Shown one piece after another: positions 38,196-47,761 of a DNA stretch of 62,507 nt. The notes under the pieces were generated by a model that did not search any database, had not been told where the DNA came from, and saw only the letters and a list, made by a program, of their open reading frames with translations. Origin of the DNA: Bacteroidales bacterium (GTDB taxonomy: Bacteria > Bacteroidota > Bacteroidia > Bacteroidales > UBA12077); assembly GCA_028282585.1 (NCBI GenBank), contig JANQHR010000088.1, positions 1-62,507 of the forward strand. The letters are read 5' to 3'. The first letter of the stretch is position 1, and each line of letters begins with the position of its first letter. Both the position numbers and the translations under genes were made by a program.

Positions 38196-41100
38196 ATGAA
38201 AAAAATAACAGTTCTAATTTTATTAACATTTGTATCAGGTTTTGTTTTTTCGCAACCTGGCAATAAGAATCTTTATATTCCAGAAGAGGGAAAAAATAAA
38301 AATAATTTCTTTGAAATTCAAAAAGAGTTCAATAGCTATTGGGATAATTTTAATCTTGATAAAGGTTATTATTATAAAGAAGGTAAAAAGTACAAAGCGG
38401 CAGGTTGGAAACAATTTAAACGTTGGGAATGGTATTGGGAAACAAGAATTGATCGGAAAACGGGAGACTTTCCTCAAGTGAATACTTTTAAAGTAAATAA
38501 AGAATTTAAGTCTAAATTAAAAACTAAAACTGATCAATCTAATTGGCAAAATATGGGACCTAATAGTTCTCTTGGTGGATACGCAGGTATAGGGAGAATA
38601 AATTGTATTGCATTTCATCCATCGGATAATAATACATTTTGGGTTGGAGCACCTTCCGGGGGATTATGGAAGACAACGGACGGAGGCAGCAATTGGGAAG
38701 TATTAACAGACACGCTTCCTGTAATTGGTGTTAGTGAAATAATTATCCCAAATGATTATGAAACAAGTAAAACAATTTATATAGCAACAGGAGACAGAGA
38801 TGGAGGAGATAACTATTCAATTGGAGTATTAAAGACAACTGATGATGGTAAAACCTGGGTAGAGACTGGTTTAAGCTTTAATGTTTCCAGTAGATATAGG
38901 ATTACCAGAATGCTTATCCATCCAACAGAACAAAATATTATGTATGTTGCTACCAATGGAGGTATTTTTAAGACAACAAACAGTGGCAATAACTGGACAA
39001 ATATACAAAGCGGTGTATTCTTCGATTTGGAATTTAAGTATGGTTCAGAGGATGATATTTTATATGCTGCCACTTATGAATATTCAGGTACGCCGGAAAT
39101 ATATAAAACTATGGATGCTGGTAGTAGTTGGAATGTAGTGCATACTTTTCCTTCTTCCGCACTAAGAGTTGAGTTAGACCCAGCCCAATCCGATCCTGAA
39201 TATGTTTATGCTTTGGTTTGCACCCAAGAGGGAGGATTAGAAGGAGTTTACAGATCCAGTGATAGCGGCAACAATTTTTCTAAAGTATATGATGGAACAG
39301 TTTCAGGTAATAATCTGTTAAATTGGCACCAAAGCGAAGGAGATACAGATATAGGGGGGCAAGGGTTTTATGATTTAACATTGTCGGTTTCTCCAACCAA
39401 CAAAAGTCATTTATTTTTAGGTGGAATAAATACTTGGGAATCCGAAGATGGTGGTGAAACCTGGAAATTAAATAGTCATTGGTACGGTGGATTCGGTGCT
39501 ACAGAAGTACATGCAGATAAACATTATATGGAGTATCAAAATCCATCAATCTTTTTTGAAGCAAATGATGGAGGTATTTATAAAACAACTGATGGAGGGC
39601 AAACATGGATTGATTTGACAGATGGTTTAATTATAAGTCAAATGTATAAGCTTGGAGTTTCTCAGACTAATAAAGACGAGGTAATAACAGGATTGCAGGA
39701 TAATGGTAGTAAGTTAACACTTTCCGGAATGTGGAAAGACGTTAAAGGTGGTGATGGAATGGAGTGTATTATTGATTATGAAGACGTAAATATTCAATAC
39801 GCAACTTACGTATATGGTCAAATTGACCGAACTATGGATCGTTGGGCACAATGGTGGACCGTAGTCGATATTACAGATACTTCACGGCTTGAAGGCGGTC
39901 CTAATGGAGCTTGGGTTACACCATATTTAATTGACCCTTTTGATAATAAAACATTATATTTAGGTTATGAGGATGTATGGAAAACTACAAATAGGGGAGA
40001 TTCTTGGGAAAAGATATCCAATCTGGGATTAACAAATAAAATTAGATCAATGGCAATTGCGCCTTCCGATAAGAATACGCTTTACATTACCGATTATGAT
40101 AACTTTTATAAAACAACGGACGGAGGTAATTCCTGGACTGATTTAACATCAAACTTACCCTTTACATCGAATGCTATTACATGTATTTCTGTTAATGCGT
40201 TTGATTCAAAACATCTTTGGATCACATACGGTGGATATAATAATGTTAAAGCATTTGAATCGACTGATGGAGGAGTTAACTGGACAAATATTTCCGGTGG
40301 ATTACCAAGTGTGCCTGCCAACACAATTATAGAAAACAAATTTGCATCAACAAAACAATTATATGCGGGAACAGATATAGGAGTTTTTATTAAAGAAGGA
40401 GATGCAGAGTGGACCTTGTTTAGTAATAATCTGCCATCGGTTATTGTTACCGAATTAGAAATTCATTATGATGAATCAACGCCCTCAAAAAGTGTGCTTT
40501 ATGCAAGCACTTATGGAAGAGGACTGTGGAAATCTGATTTAGCTTCTTTTGAAATTGAAAATATTTATCTCCACTCTATTCAGAGTCCGGTTTATGTTTC
40601 GGATGATAGTTCTGCGATTTTGGAAGTATCTTTTAATGTTTATGATTCATTTAGTTCAAATACTTTTACAGCTTATTTATCTGACGAATCTGGTGATTTT
40701 ACAAATGAAATATCTATTGGGGAATTGGAATCGGATGTTTCCGGAACTATTAATGGGGTTATTCCAGCAGCAACCCCAACTGGTACTGATTATAAAATAA
40801 AAATTAAATCTTCTAATCCGGTAAATGAAAGCAGCTTAAGCAATTCATTAAATATTATTCTTGACAACGAGGCTCCAACGGTAGAAATAAGCTCAAGTGA
40901 AAGTGGAACAACATCTACAGATCCGTTTCCAGTAACAATAACATTCAACGAGGCTGTTACTGATTTTGCGCAATCTGAAGTTATTGTTAATAATGGTACG
41001 GTTTCATCATTTCAAAATTTGAATTCATCCGAATATGCTGTTGAAATTTCTCCTTCTGCTTCTGGAGTTATAACTGTTGATGTTCCGGCAGGAGTTGCAA

Positions 41101-41417
41101 AAGATATGGTAGGACATGAAAATACAGCAGCTACACAATGGACCATTGAATATTTTTCAACAAGTATTGAATTATTAGAAAAATATGAAATTAAGATTTA
41201 TCCTAATCCTTCTAATGGAAGATTTAATTTGGAAATAGGACAAGGCAATAATATTACCGTTTCAATCATTGATTTATCAGGTAAGCAGATATATAATAAA
41301 CAATTGATAAATGAGACTTCAATGGAAATTGACTTAAGTAACATTACAAAAGGAATTTATATCCTTAAGTTAAATGTTGATGGACAAGATATTACTAATA
41401 AAATAATTATTAAATAA
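38196..41417 (+). CDS. T9SS-secreted BNR/VPS10-like beta-propeller protein with an Ig-like domain
   Basis: Signal peptide, many (K/R)(T/S)xDGGxxW Asp-boxes, FKRWEWYW, C-terminal IYPNPSNG..KGIYILK..KIIIK. Confidence 0.88.
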   Translation: MKKITVLILLTFVSGFVFSQPGNKNLYIPEEGKNKNNFFEIQKEFNSYWDNFNLDKGYYYKEGKKYKAAGWKQFKRWEWYWETRIDRKTGDFPQVNTFKVNKEFKSKLKTKTDQSNWQNMGPNSSLGGYAGIGRINCIAFHPSDNNTFWVGAPSGGLWKTTDGGSNWEVLTDTLPVIGVSEIIIPNDYETSKTIYIATGDRDGGDNYSIGVLKTTDDGKTWVETGLSFNVSSRYRITRMLIHPTEQNIMYVATNGGIFKTTNSGNNWTNIQSGVFFDLEFKYGSEDDILYAATYEYSGTPEIYKTMDAGSSWNVVHTFPSSALRVELDPAQSDPEYVYALVCTQEGGLEGVYRSSDSGNNFSKVYDGTVSGNNLLNWHQSEGDTDIGGQGFYDLTLSVSPTNKSHLFLGGINTWESEDGGETWKLNSHWYGGFGATEVHADKHYMEYQNPSIFFEANDGGIYKTTDGGQTWIDLTDGLIISQMYKLGVSQTNKDEVITGLQDNGSKLTLSGMWKDVKGGDGMECIIDYEDVNIQYATYVYGQIDRTMDRWAQWWTVVDITDTSRLEGGPNGAWVTPYLIDPFDNKTLYLGYEDVWKTTNRGDSWEKISNLGLTNKIRSMAIAPSDKNTLYITDYDNFYKTTDGGNSWTDLTSNLPFTSNAITCISVNAFDSKHLWITYGGYNNVKAFESTDGGVNWTNISGGLPSVPANTIIENKFASTKQLYAGTDIGVFIKEGDAEWTLFSNNLPSVIVTELEIHYDESTPSKSVLYASTYGRGLWKSDLASFEIENIYLHSIQSPVYVSDDSSAILEVSFNVYDSFSSNTFTAYLSDESGDFTNEISIGELESDVSGTINGVIPAATPTGTDYKIKIKSSNPVNESSLSNSLNIILDNEAPTVEISSSESGTTSTDPFPVTITFNEAVTDFAQSEVIVNNGTVSSFQNLNSSEYAVEISPSASGVITVDVPAGVAKDMVGHENTAATQWTIEYFSTSIELLEKYEIKIYPNPSNGRFNLEIGQGNNITVSIIDLSGKQIYNKQLINETSMEIDLSNITKGIYILKLNVDGQDITNKIIIK

Positions 41418-41438
41418 TTACTACCCACTAAATAGAAG

Positions 41439-41467
41439 GACCTTCGGGAAACTGAAGGTCTTTTTTT
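41439..41467 (+). terminator. Intrinsic terminator
   Basis: gaccttcgg-gaaa-ctgaaggtc followed by T7. Confidence 0.85.
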
Positions 41468-41614
41468 ATTCTTAACAATTTGTTAAAATTAACATTCCCC
41501 ATTAGAAAATGATTTAAATTTGCAGCTCATTACCAGAATGAAAAATATTAACTAGACATTAAGCAAAAGCTGCTTATAATTGTTATTTAGGTGTTAGATT
41601 AAAAGAAGGTTGAA

Positions 41615-44068
41615 ATGATAAATAAGAATTACCAGGATAAATATGCTCTTATTACAAAAGAGAAAAGTTATACGTATCATGAATTATTTTCTAAAATAAA
41701 TCAGTATTCTCAGTTATTTAAAGATAAAAAATATAAGAAAGTTGCTATTCATTCAGAAAACAGAGCAGAATGGATATTCGCTTTTTTTGCTGCATGGTAT
41801 AATAAGTGTATTGTTGTCCCAATCGATTTTCTATCCTCAACAGAGGATATATCCTATATATTAAATGATTGTAATCCTGATTTAGTATTTTTTAGTACAG
41901 AAACAGGCAAGAAAATTGAAAAAATAAAAAAAGGATTAAATTACAATCCAAACATTGAGATTTTTGATGAAATTAGATTAGAAGAGGAAGCTAATATACT
42001 TGAATGGAACGTTCCTTCGGATGAGGAAGATGTTGCAGTTATTATTTATACTTCGGGAACCACTGGAAGCCCTAAAGGAGTGATGTTATCTTATAAAAAC
42101 CTACTGGCAAATATCCATGCTGTTTCCAAAGATGTAGAGATTTATACTCATGAAAAGCAGGTGCTTATGCTACTTCCTCTACATCATATTTTTCCTTTAG
42201 CCGGATGCTTGATGGGACCTTTAAACGTTGGAGGTACTATTGTAATGACACCTTCAATGCAATCTTCGGATATTCTTGAAACTCTTAAAAATAATAAAGT
42301 AAATATGATTATTGGAGTTCCTAGGTTTTATGATTTGCTTTATAAAGGCCTAAAAGCAAAAATATTTGCTAAGGCTGTAGGGAGAATATTCTATTCGGCT
42401 GTAAAAGGAATTCGTAGTAAAAAGTTTGCAAAAAAAATATTTAAAAAAGTACACATTGGTTTTGGTGGTCATGTAGAATATTTAGTTTCGGGTGGTGCTC
42501 CACTTAACAAAGAAGTAGCGTATTTCTTTAAAAACCTGGGTTTTGATGTTTTAGAGGGATATGGAATGACCGAGGCAGCTCCAATGATTACTTTTCCCAG
42601 ACCTGAAAAAGTAAAAATTGGTTCTGTAGGTCAACCATTACCAGGTTTAAAGATAGAAATAAGAGATGGGGAGATAGTTGCAAAAGGCGATAATATAATG
42701 AAAGGATATTACAATCGTCCTCAGGAAACAACAGAGGTTTTAAAGGAAGGTTGGCTATATACAGGTGATTTAGGTGAGTTAGATAAGAATGGATACTTAT
42801 TTATTACAGGTCGAAAAAAGGAAATTATCGTATTGCCAAATGGTAAAAATATTAATCCTGTTGAATTAGAAGAAAAGTTAGAAAAAATAGAATTCATTAA
42901 AGAAGTAGGAGTGTTTTTTAACGATGAAAAATTACATGCAATAATTTTACCGGATTATAGTTCATTGGCGAATGCTGAAGTAAACGATCCTGATGAATTT
43001 TTTAAGAAAGAAGTAATTCCAAACTTTAATAAACAACTTACTTCTTATAAGAGAATATTAAAATACAATCTAATTAAAGAAGATTTGCCAAGAACAAGAC
43101 TTGGAAAGATACAACGATATAAACTGGCCGAATTAGTAGATAAAACGCAGAGAGATAAAGTTATTAATAATCAACCTGAATCAGAAGAATACGTTGCTAT
43201 AAAGACTTTTATTGAAAGTCAAGTTGATATGACAATTTCACCGGAGGATCATTTAGAATTTGATATTGCTTTAGACTCTTTAGGAAAGATTACATTAATA
43301 GATTTTATTGAGCGTACATTTGGAGTAAAAATTGAAGAGGATAAACTTCTGAAATTTCCTTCTATTAAAAAAATGGTTGATCATATTAGAGAGCATAAAA
43401 TGTTCCATAACCTGGAAATGCCGAATTGGTCAGAGATTTTAAAAGAAAAAATTCACATTAAACTCCCCAAATCCTGGCCAACATTACCGTTTTTCATTAA
43501 ATCCTCCAAGAGCTTCTTAAAAGTATATTTTAAGTTTAGAAGTAAAGGGCATCATCAACTACCTGAAGGACCTGCAATTATTACACCTAATCATCAAAGT
43601 TTTTTTGACGCATTATTTGTAACGGCGCATTTAAAAAGAAAAACAATAAAAGAAACCTTCTTCTATGCCAAAAGAAAACATGTTAATTCCAGATTAATAA
43701 GGTTTTTAGCTGGAAAGAATAATGTTATTATAATGGACTTAAATAATGATTTAAAGGAGTCTATTCAGAAATTAGCTGCCGTATTAAAGTTAGGTAAAAA
43801 AGTAATGATCTTCCCTGAAGGTACAAGATCTAAAACTGGTGAGTTAGGAGAGTTTAAAAAGACATTTGCGATCTTAAGCAAAGAGCTTAATGTGCCAGTA
43901 ATTCCCGTTGCAATAAGTGGCGCGCATAAAGCGCTACCAACTGGCAGAAAAATACCAAAGCCTTTTACTAAGATAAAAGTCAAGTACTTAGATCCAATTC
44001 ACCCACAAGAATATACGTTTGATTCTCTTACTGAAAAAGTAAAAGAAAGAATACTTGAAGCGGTATAA
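41615..44068 (+). CDS. Long-chain acyl ligase - ACP - PlsC acyltransferase fusion
   Basis: YTSGTTGSPKG, EGYGMTE, TGDLG; ACP LDSLG; NHQSFFD, FPEGTRS. Confidence 0.9.
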   Translation: MINKNYQDKYALITKEKSYTYHELFSKINQYSQLFKDKKYKKVAIHSENRAEWIFAFFAAWYNKCIVVPIDFLSSTEDISYILNDCNPDLVFFSTETGKKIEKIKKGLNYNPNIEIFDEIRLEEEANILEWNVPSDEEDVAVIIYTSGTTGSPKGVMLSYKNLLANIHAVSKDVEIYTHEKQVLMLLPLHHIFPLAGCLMGPLNVGGTIVMTPSMQSSDILETLKNNKVNMIIGVPRFYDLLYKGLKAKIFAKAVGRIFYSAVKGIRSKKFAKKIFKKVHIGFGGHVEYLVSGGAPLNKEVAYFFKNLGFDVLEGYGMTEAAPMITFPRPEKVKIGSVGQPLPGLKIEIRDGEIVAKGDNIMKGYYNRPQETTEVLKEGWLYTGDLGELDKNGYLFITGRKKEIIVLPNGKNINPVELEEKLEKIEFIKEVGVFFNDEKLHAIILPDYSSLANAEVNDPDEFFKKEVIPNFNKQLTSYKRILKYNLIKEDLPRTRLGKIQRYKLAELVDKTQRDKVINNQPESEEYVAIKTFIESQVDMTISPEDHLEFDIALDSLGKITLIDFIERTFGVKIEEDKLLKFPSIKKMVDHIREHKMFHNLEMPNWSEILKEKIHIKLPKSWPTLPFFIKSSKSFLKVYFKFRSKGHHQLPEGPAIITPNHQSFFDALFVTAHLKRKTIKETFFYAKRKHVNSRLIRFLAGKNNVIIMDLNNDLKESIQKLAAVLKLGKKVMIFPEGTRSKTGELGEFKKTFAILSKELNVPVIPVAISGAHKALPTGRKIPKPFTKIKVKYLDPIHPQEYTFDSLTEKVKERILEAV

Positions 44069-44071
44069 GAT

Positions 44072-45172
44072 TTAGTCGCTGAGTGCCATCGTTGAATTTA
44101 CTTTAAGAAATTCAACATAACCATTTGTTGTACATACTACAATCGTATTATCAAATAGTACAATTGGCGTTGCAAATATTTTGCCTTTGGTTCTATATTT
44201 TCCGAGAAGATTCCCTTCTGGCGAAAAAAAGTATAGATGCTTATCATATGAACCAACAACAACAATTCCGTTAGGTAAACTTACAGGTGAAGAAACAACC
44301 TTTTTCTGAGTTTTATGTTTTTTAAATAAGGTACCGTCAGGTTTTATAAAATAAATAAATCTATCAAAAGAACCAAATACAATTTTTGAGTTGCTTAGTT
44401 TTAAAGGAGTTCCATGAATTCTTCCTTTAGTTTTAAATGATGATACCTTACTACCATCAGTATCACATATATATAAATTTTTATCATAAGAGCCTACTGC
44501 AAATTTGTTTGTTCCTATCGAAACAGGTGCTGAATGCATTATCCACCCTTTTGTTTTTATTTTAGAAAGCAACTTTGCATGATGATCAAAAATGTATAAA
44601 TGCTTGTCATTGGAACCTATTACTAATTTGTCATTATCAATTATACTTGGAGTACCATGTACCCATTTTTTAATTGGATGGATATGCTTAGTACTATCTT
44701 CTCTATCAAAAAATATTACACCTTTTCTATTAGTACCGAAAACCAATAAACGATTCGATAATTCAATTATTGAGGTATACATTGAACCACAATTTGGTTT
44801 AATTTTCTTCTTTAAATCTCCCGTCTGATCAAAGAAGTATATATACCCATCGTATGATCCGATTGCTATAGAACTATCTGATAAAATACTAGGCGAAGCA
44901 TGTACCCACCCATCCGTTTTATGTTTTTTAATTAGCCTTCCTTTACTGTTAAAAAAATAGATATACTTATCATGCGATCCTACTACAACATTATTATTAA
45001 ACGTAGCAATAGGAGAAGAATAGATTGCCTTTTCAGTTTTAAATGAATTAATTAATTGAATAAAATTTGAACTTATTACTGGTTCCCCTGAAAAAACATT
45101 AAGTGGGAATAATGCAATTACAAAAAAGAAGAAAGTAATTACAAAAGAATTTTGTAAGCTTCTTTTAATCAT
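44072..45172 (-). CDS. PQQ/BamB-like beta-propeller repeat protein
   Basis: Signal peptide; about 8 repeats of 40 aa with GSxDxxxYFF. Confidence 0.85.
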   Translation of the reverse strand: MIKRSLQNSFVITFFFFVIALFPLNVFSGEPVISSNFIQLINSFKTEKAIYSSPIATFNNNVVVGSHDKYIYFFNSKGRLIKKHKTDGWVHASPSILSDSSIAIGSYDGYIYFFDQTGDLKKKIKPNCGSMYTSIIELSNRLLVFGTNRKGVIFFDREDSTKHIHPIKKWVHGTPSIIDNDKLVIGSNDKHLYIFDHHAKLLSKIKTKGWIMHSAPVSIGTNKFAVGSYDKNLYICDTDGSKVSSFKTKGRIHGTPLKLSNSKIVFGSFDRFIYFIKPDGTLFKKHKTQKKVVSSPVSLPNGIVVVGSYDKHLYFFSPEGNLLGKYRTKGKIFATPIVLFDNTIVVCTTNGYVEFLKVNSTMALSD

Positions 45173-45340
45173 TAATTTAAATTGAGTATATTATTTGATC
45201 CGGTTTTCAGTTTTGATACTTTAAACATAGTTAAATTATGTTGAAAACCGAAAGATATTTCTAAAAATTATTAAAAATTAACGCAACCACTTGTTAGCAA
45301 TGCACATCTATGATCTGGAACTATGCACGATTTTATTATA

Positions 45341-45820
45341 ATGAAAAGTAAACTAATATTATTATTTGTATTAACGCTCTTAGCTAATGCATGTGAAAAT
45401 GTTGAAAGCACAGAGCTTAATATAGATACTGAGATTTTATCCATATCATATGGAACATACTTTGGACAATGTAATGGGTATTGTAAGCAAAGTATAACGA
45501 TCGAAAATGATTCAATAAGATATCAGGCACAAAGCTGGTCCGAGAACGATAATTATCCGTTAATTGCTTTTTCTACAGAGTTTTCAGAGGAGGATTGGAA
45601 ATCTATTGAAGAGAAAATTGATTTTTTAATATTTAGAAATATAGAAGAGGTAATTGGTTGTCCTGATTGTGCTGATGGTGGTGCGGAGTGGATAGAAATA
45701 GAAACCGAGGATGTTACTCACAAAATTAAGTTTGAATATGATAACCCACCGGAAGAGATATCAAATTATATAGAAGATTTGTCTGAATTACTTTCAGAAT
45801 TTCAAGAGGATATATTTTAA
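45341..45820 (+). CDS. Hypothetical lipoprotein
   Basis: Lipobox ANAC; GQCNGYC and GCPDCADGG; start moved to ATG 45341. Confidence 0.75.
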   Translation: MKSKLILLFVLTLLANACENVESTELNIDTEILSISYGTYFGQCNGYCKQSITIENDSIRYQAQSWSENDNYPLIAFSTEFSEEDWKSIEEKIDFLIFRNIEEVIGCPDCADGGAEWIEIETEDVTHKIKFEYDNPPEEISNYIEDLSELLSEFQEDIF

Positions 45821-45903
45821 CAATCTTTCACAATTTCAGTAGTTTTTTGGCATAAATATTGTCTTAATTTTAACCAAATTGGTTAACTATTAAAACAATA
45901 AAG

Positions 45904-46449
45904 ATGAAAGCAAAAGTTACTATTAAGATCATACTTGTCGGGCTATTCATCATTTCTTTTAACTCACTCGAGGCTCAACACAGAAAGCACTATAAAGGTA
46001 AGCATTATCGCCCCCACCATAGGTACGTGAAACATTATCATTGGGGACATGGTTACAGGGCTGTTCCAAAAGGAGCTTTTATTTATCCACATAAAGGTAC
46101 ACGTTACCATTATCATAAAGGAATATATTTTAAACCATATGGTTCTAAATATGTGGTTGTGCGGCCACCATTAGGAATTAGGGTAAAAACAATTCCTGCA
46201 AACCATATAAGGTTTCTACTCAGAGGCCAAACATATTATTACTACTATGGCACATACTACAAAAAATCAAATAATAGTAAAGAGTATGTTTCAGTTAGCC
46301 CGCCAATTGGCGCTAAAATTGATGCATTGCCTGATGGCTATAAAAAAGTTAGAATAAACGATGAAATATATTACGAACTTGAAGGAAACTATTATAAAGC
46401 AATTATTGATGAAAAGGGTGAAGTGTGGTATGAATTAGTGGAGAAATAG
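45904..46449 (+). CDS. DUF6515-like secreted His/Tyr-rich protein
   Basis: Signal peptide, repeats YxYxxGxYY..YVVVxPPxG; sigma54-like TGGCATAAATATTGT at 45848-45862. Confidence 0.75.
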   Translation: MKAKVTIKIILVGLFIISFNSLEAQHRKHYKGKHYRPHHRYVKHYHWGHGYRAVPKGAFIYPHKGTRYHYHKGIYFKPYGSKYVVVRPPLGIRVKTIPANHIRFLLRGQTYYYYYGTYYKKSNNSKEYVSVSPPIGAKIDALPDGYKKVRINDEIYYELEGNYYKAIIDEKGEVWYELVEK

Positions 46450-46470
46450 ATTTTAAATTTTAGGGTTCAG

Positions 46471-46500
46471 GGCATAATCTTTAGGGATTATGCCTTTTTT
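46471..46500 (+). terminator. Intrinsic terminator
   Basis: ggcataatc / gattatgcc followed by a T run. Confidence 0.8.
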
Positions 46501-46529
46501 ATTATTTTTACTCCAATAAAAAAAGTATA

Positions 46530-47009
46530 ATGAAAATAGAACCAATTGGAATAATAAATACACCCTTCAAACAAAAAGAAGGAATGCCAATTCAGCCAAC
46601 AGGAGGAACGGGAGTTAAAGGTTGTATTGAAGTATTTTCAGGATTTATAGAGGGTTTGTGCGATCTGGAAGGTTTTTCGCATATCATACTAATTTATCGA
46701 TTTCATGAATCAGAGGGATATAATTTAAAAGTTAAACCCTTTATGGATGATCAATTAAGAGGTGTTTTTTCAACGAGAGCACCAAAACGGCCTAATTCGA
46801 TTGGGATATCGGTTGTAAAGCTTAATAAGATTGATAATAACCTTGTCTTTATTGAGAATATAGATATTCTTGATGGAACCCCATTATTAGACATAAAACC
46901 TTTCATTCCTTCAGTCGATTCTCCCGACGAATATAAGTTAGGTTGGCTGAAAGGAAAATCTGACAAAATAAGTTCTAAATTATCTGATAAACGTTTTTCG
47001 AATGAATAA
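46530..47009 (+). CDS. tsaA: tRNA m6t6A37 methyltransferase TrmO (TsaA)
   Basis: PIGII, LEGFSH, GVFSTRAPKRPNSIG, DGTPLLDIKP. Confidence 0.92.
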   Translation: MKIEPIGIINTPFKQKEGMPIQPTGGTGVKGCIEVFSGFIEGLCDLEGFSHIILIYRFHESEGYNLKVKPFMDDQLRGVFSTRAPKRPNSIGISVVKLNKIDNNLVFIENIDILDGTPLLDIKPFIPSVDSPDEYKLGWLKGKSDKISSKLSDKRFSNE

Positions 47010-47637
47010 ATTAATTATTTGGGATTGGAATGGCACTCTGCTAAATGATGTTGATGCATGTGTAGAAAGCATGAATATTATGCTCGAAAAACGTGCTATT
47101 AATAAGATTACAACTGATTATTATAAAAGCATATTTACTTTTCCGGTAAAAAAATATTATAAAGAGCTGGGTTTTGATTTTGAAAAAGAATCTTTCGAAA
47201 AACTTTCAATAGAATATATTGGGCTTTATAAAAAGAATTCAAAAAACTCTCCTTTACAACCTGGAGTTGTTGAATTGCTTGAATATTTTAAATCAAAAAA
47301 CAATAAACAAGTTATTTTATCGGCATCTGAACAAGTTGCTTTAGAAAACCAGGTTAAACAGAGAAACATTCTTGATTATTTTGATTCTCTTATAGGTTTA
47401 GATAATATACATGCAAAAGGCAAAATAAATAATGCTAAGGATTTTATAGAGAATTCCACAGATTTTTATGATCAAATAGTATTAATTGGCGATACAATGC
47501 ATGATCTGGAGGTAGCAAAAGAAATAAATGCAAAATGCTTTCTTGTTACAAATGGTCATCAGCAAATTAGCAAAGAGAAAATAAATGGTTATGCCTTGGT
47601 CATTAGTTCATTATTGGATTTAATAGAGATTGGTTAA
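47002..47637 (+). CDS. HAD-family phosphatase
   Basis: WDWNGTL, ILSAS, IGDTMHD. Confidence 0.88.
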   Translation: MNKLIIWDWNGTLLNDVDACVESMNIMLEKRAINKITTDYYKSIFTFPVKKYYKELGFDFEKESFEKLSIEYIGLYKKNSKNSPLQPGVVELLEYFKSKNNKQVILSASEQVALENQVKQRNILDYFDSLIGLDNIHAKGKINNAKDFIENSTDFYDQIVLIGDTMHDLEVAKEINAKCFLVTNGHQQISKEKINGYALVISSLLDLIEIG

Positions 47638-47761
47638 ACTAAGGATAAAATGACTTTTGTTTTATATTGTTGGCTTTTTATTGAACAAAAGCAGCTGGCT
47701 TTTGTCAATAAAGTGTATTTAATTTATAAAATGATTAACTTACATAAATTTAGTAATACGA

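Noticed and set aside
47683-47708. Palindrome acaaaagc-agctg-gcttttgt upstream of DAK2-DegV
   Set aside because: Single occurrence; cannot distinguish operator, weak terminator or chance
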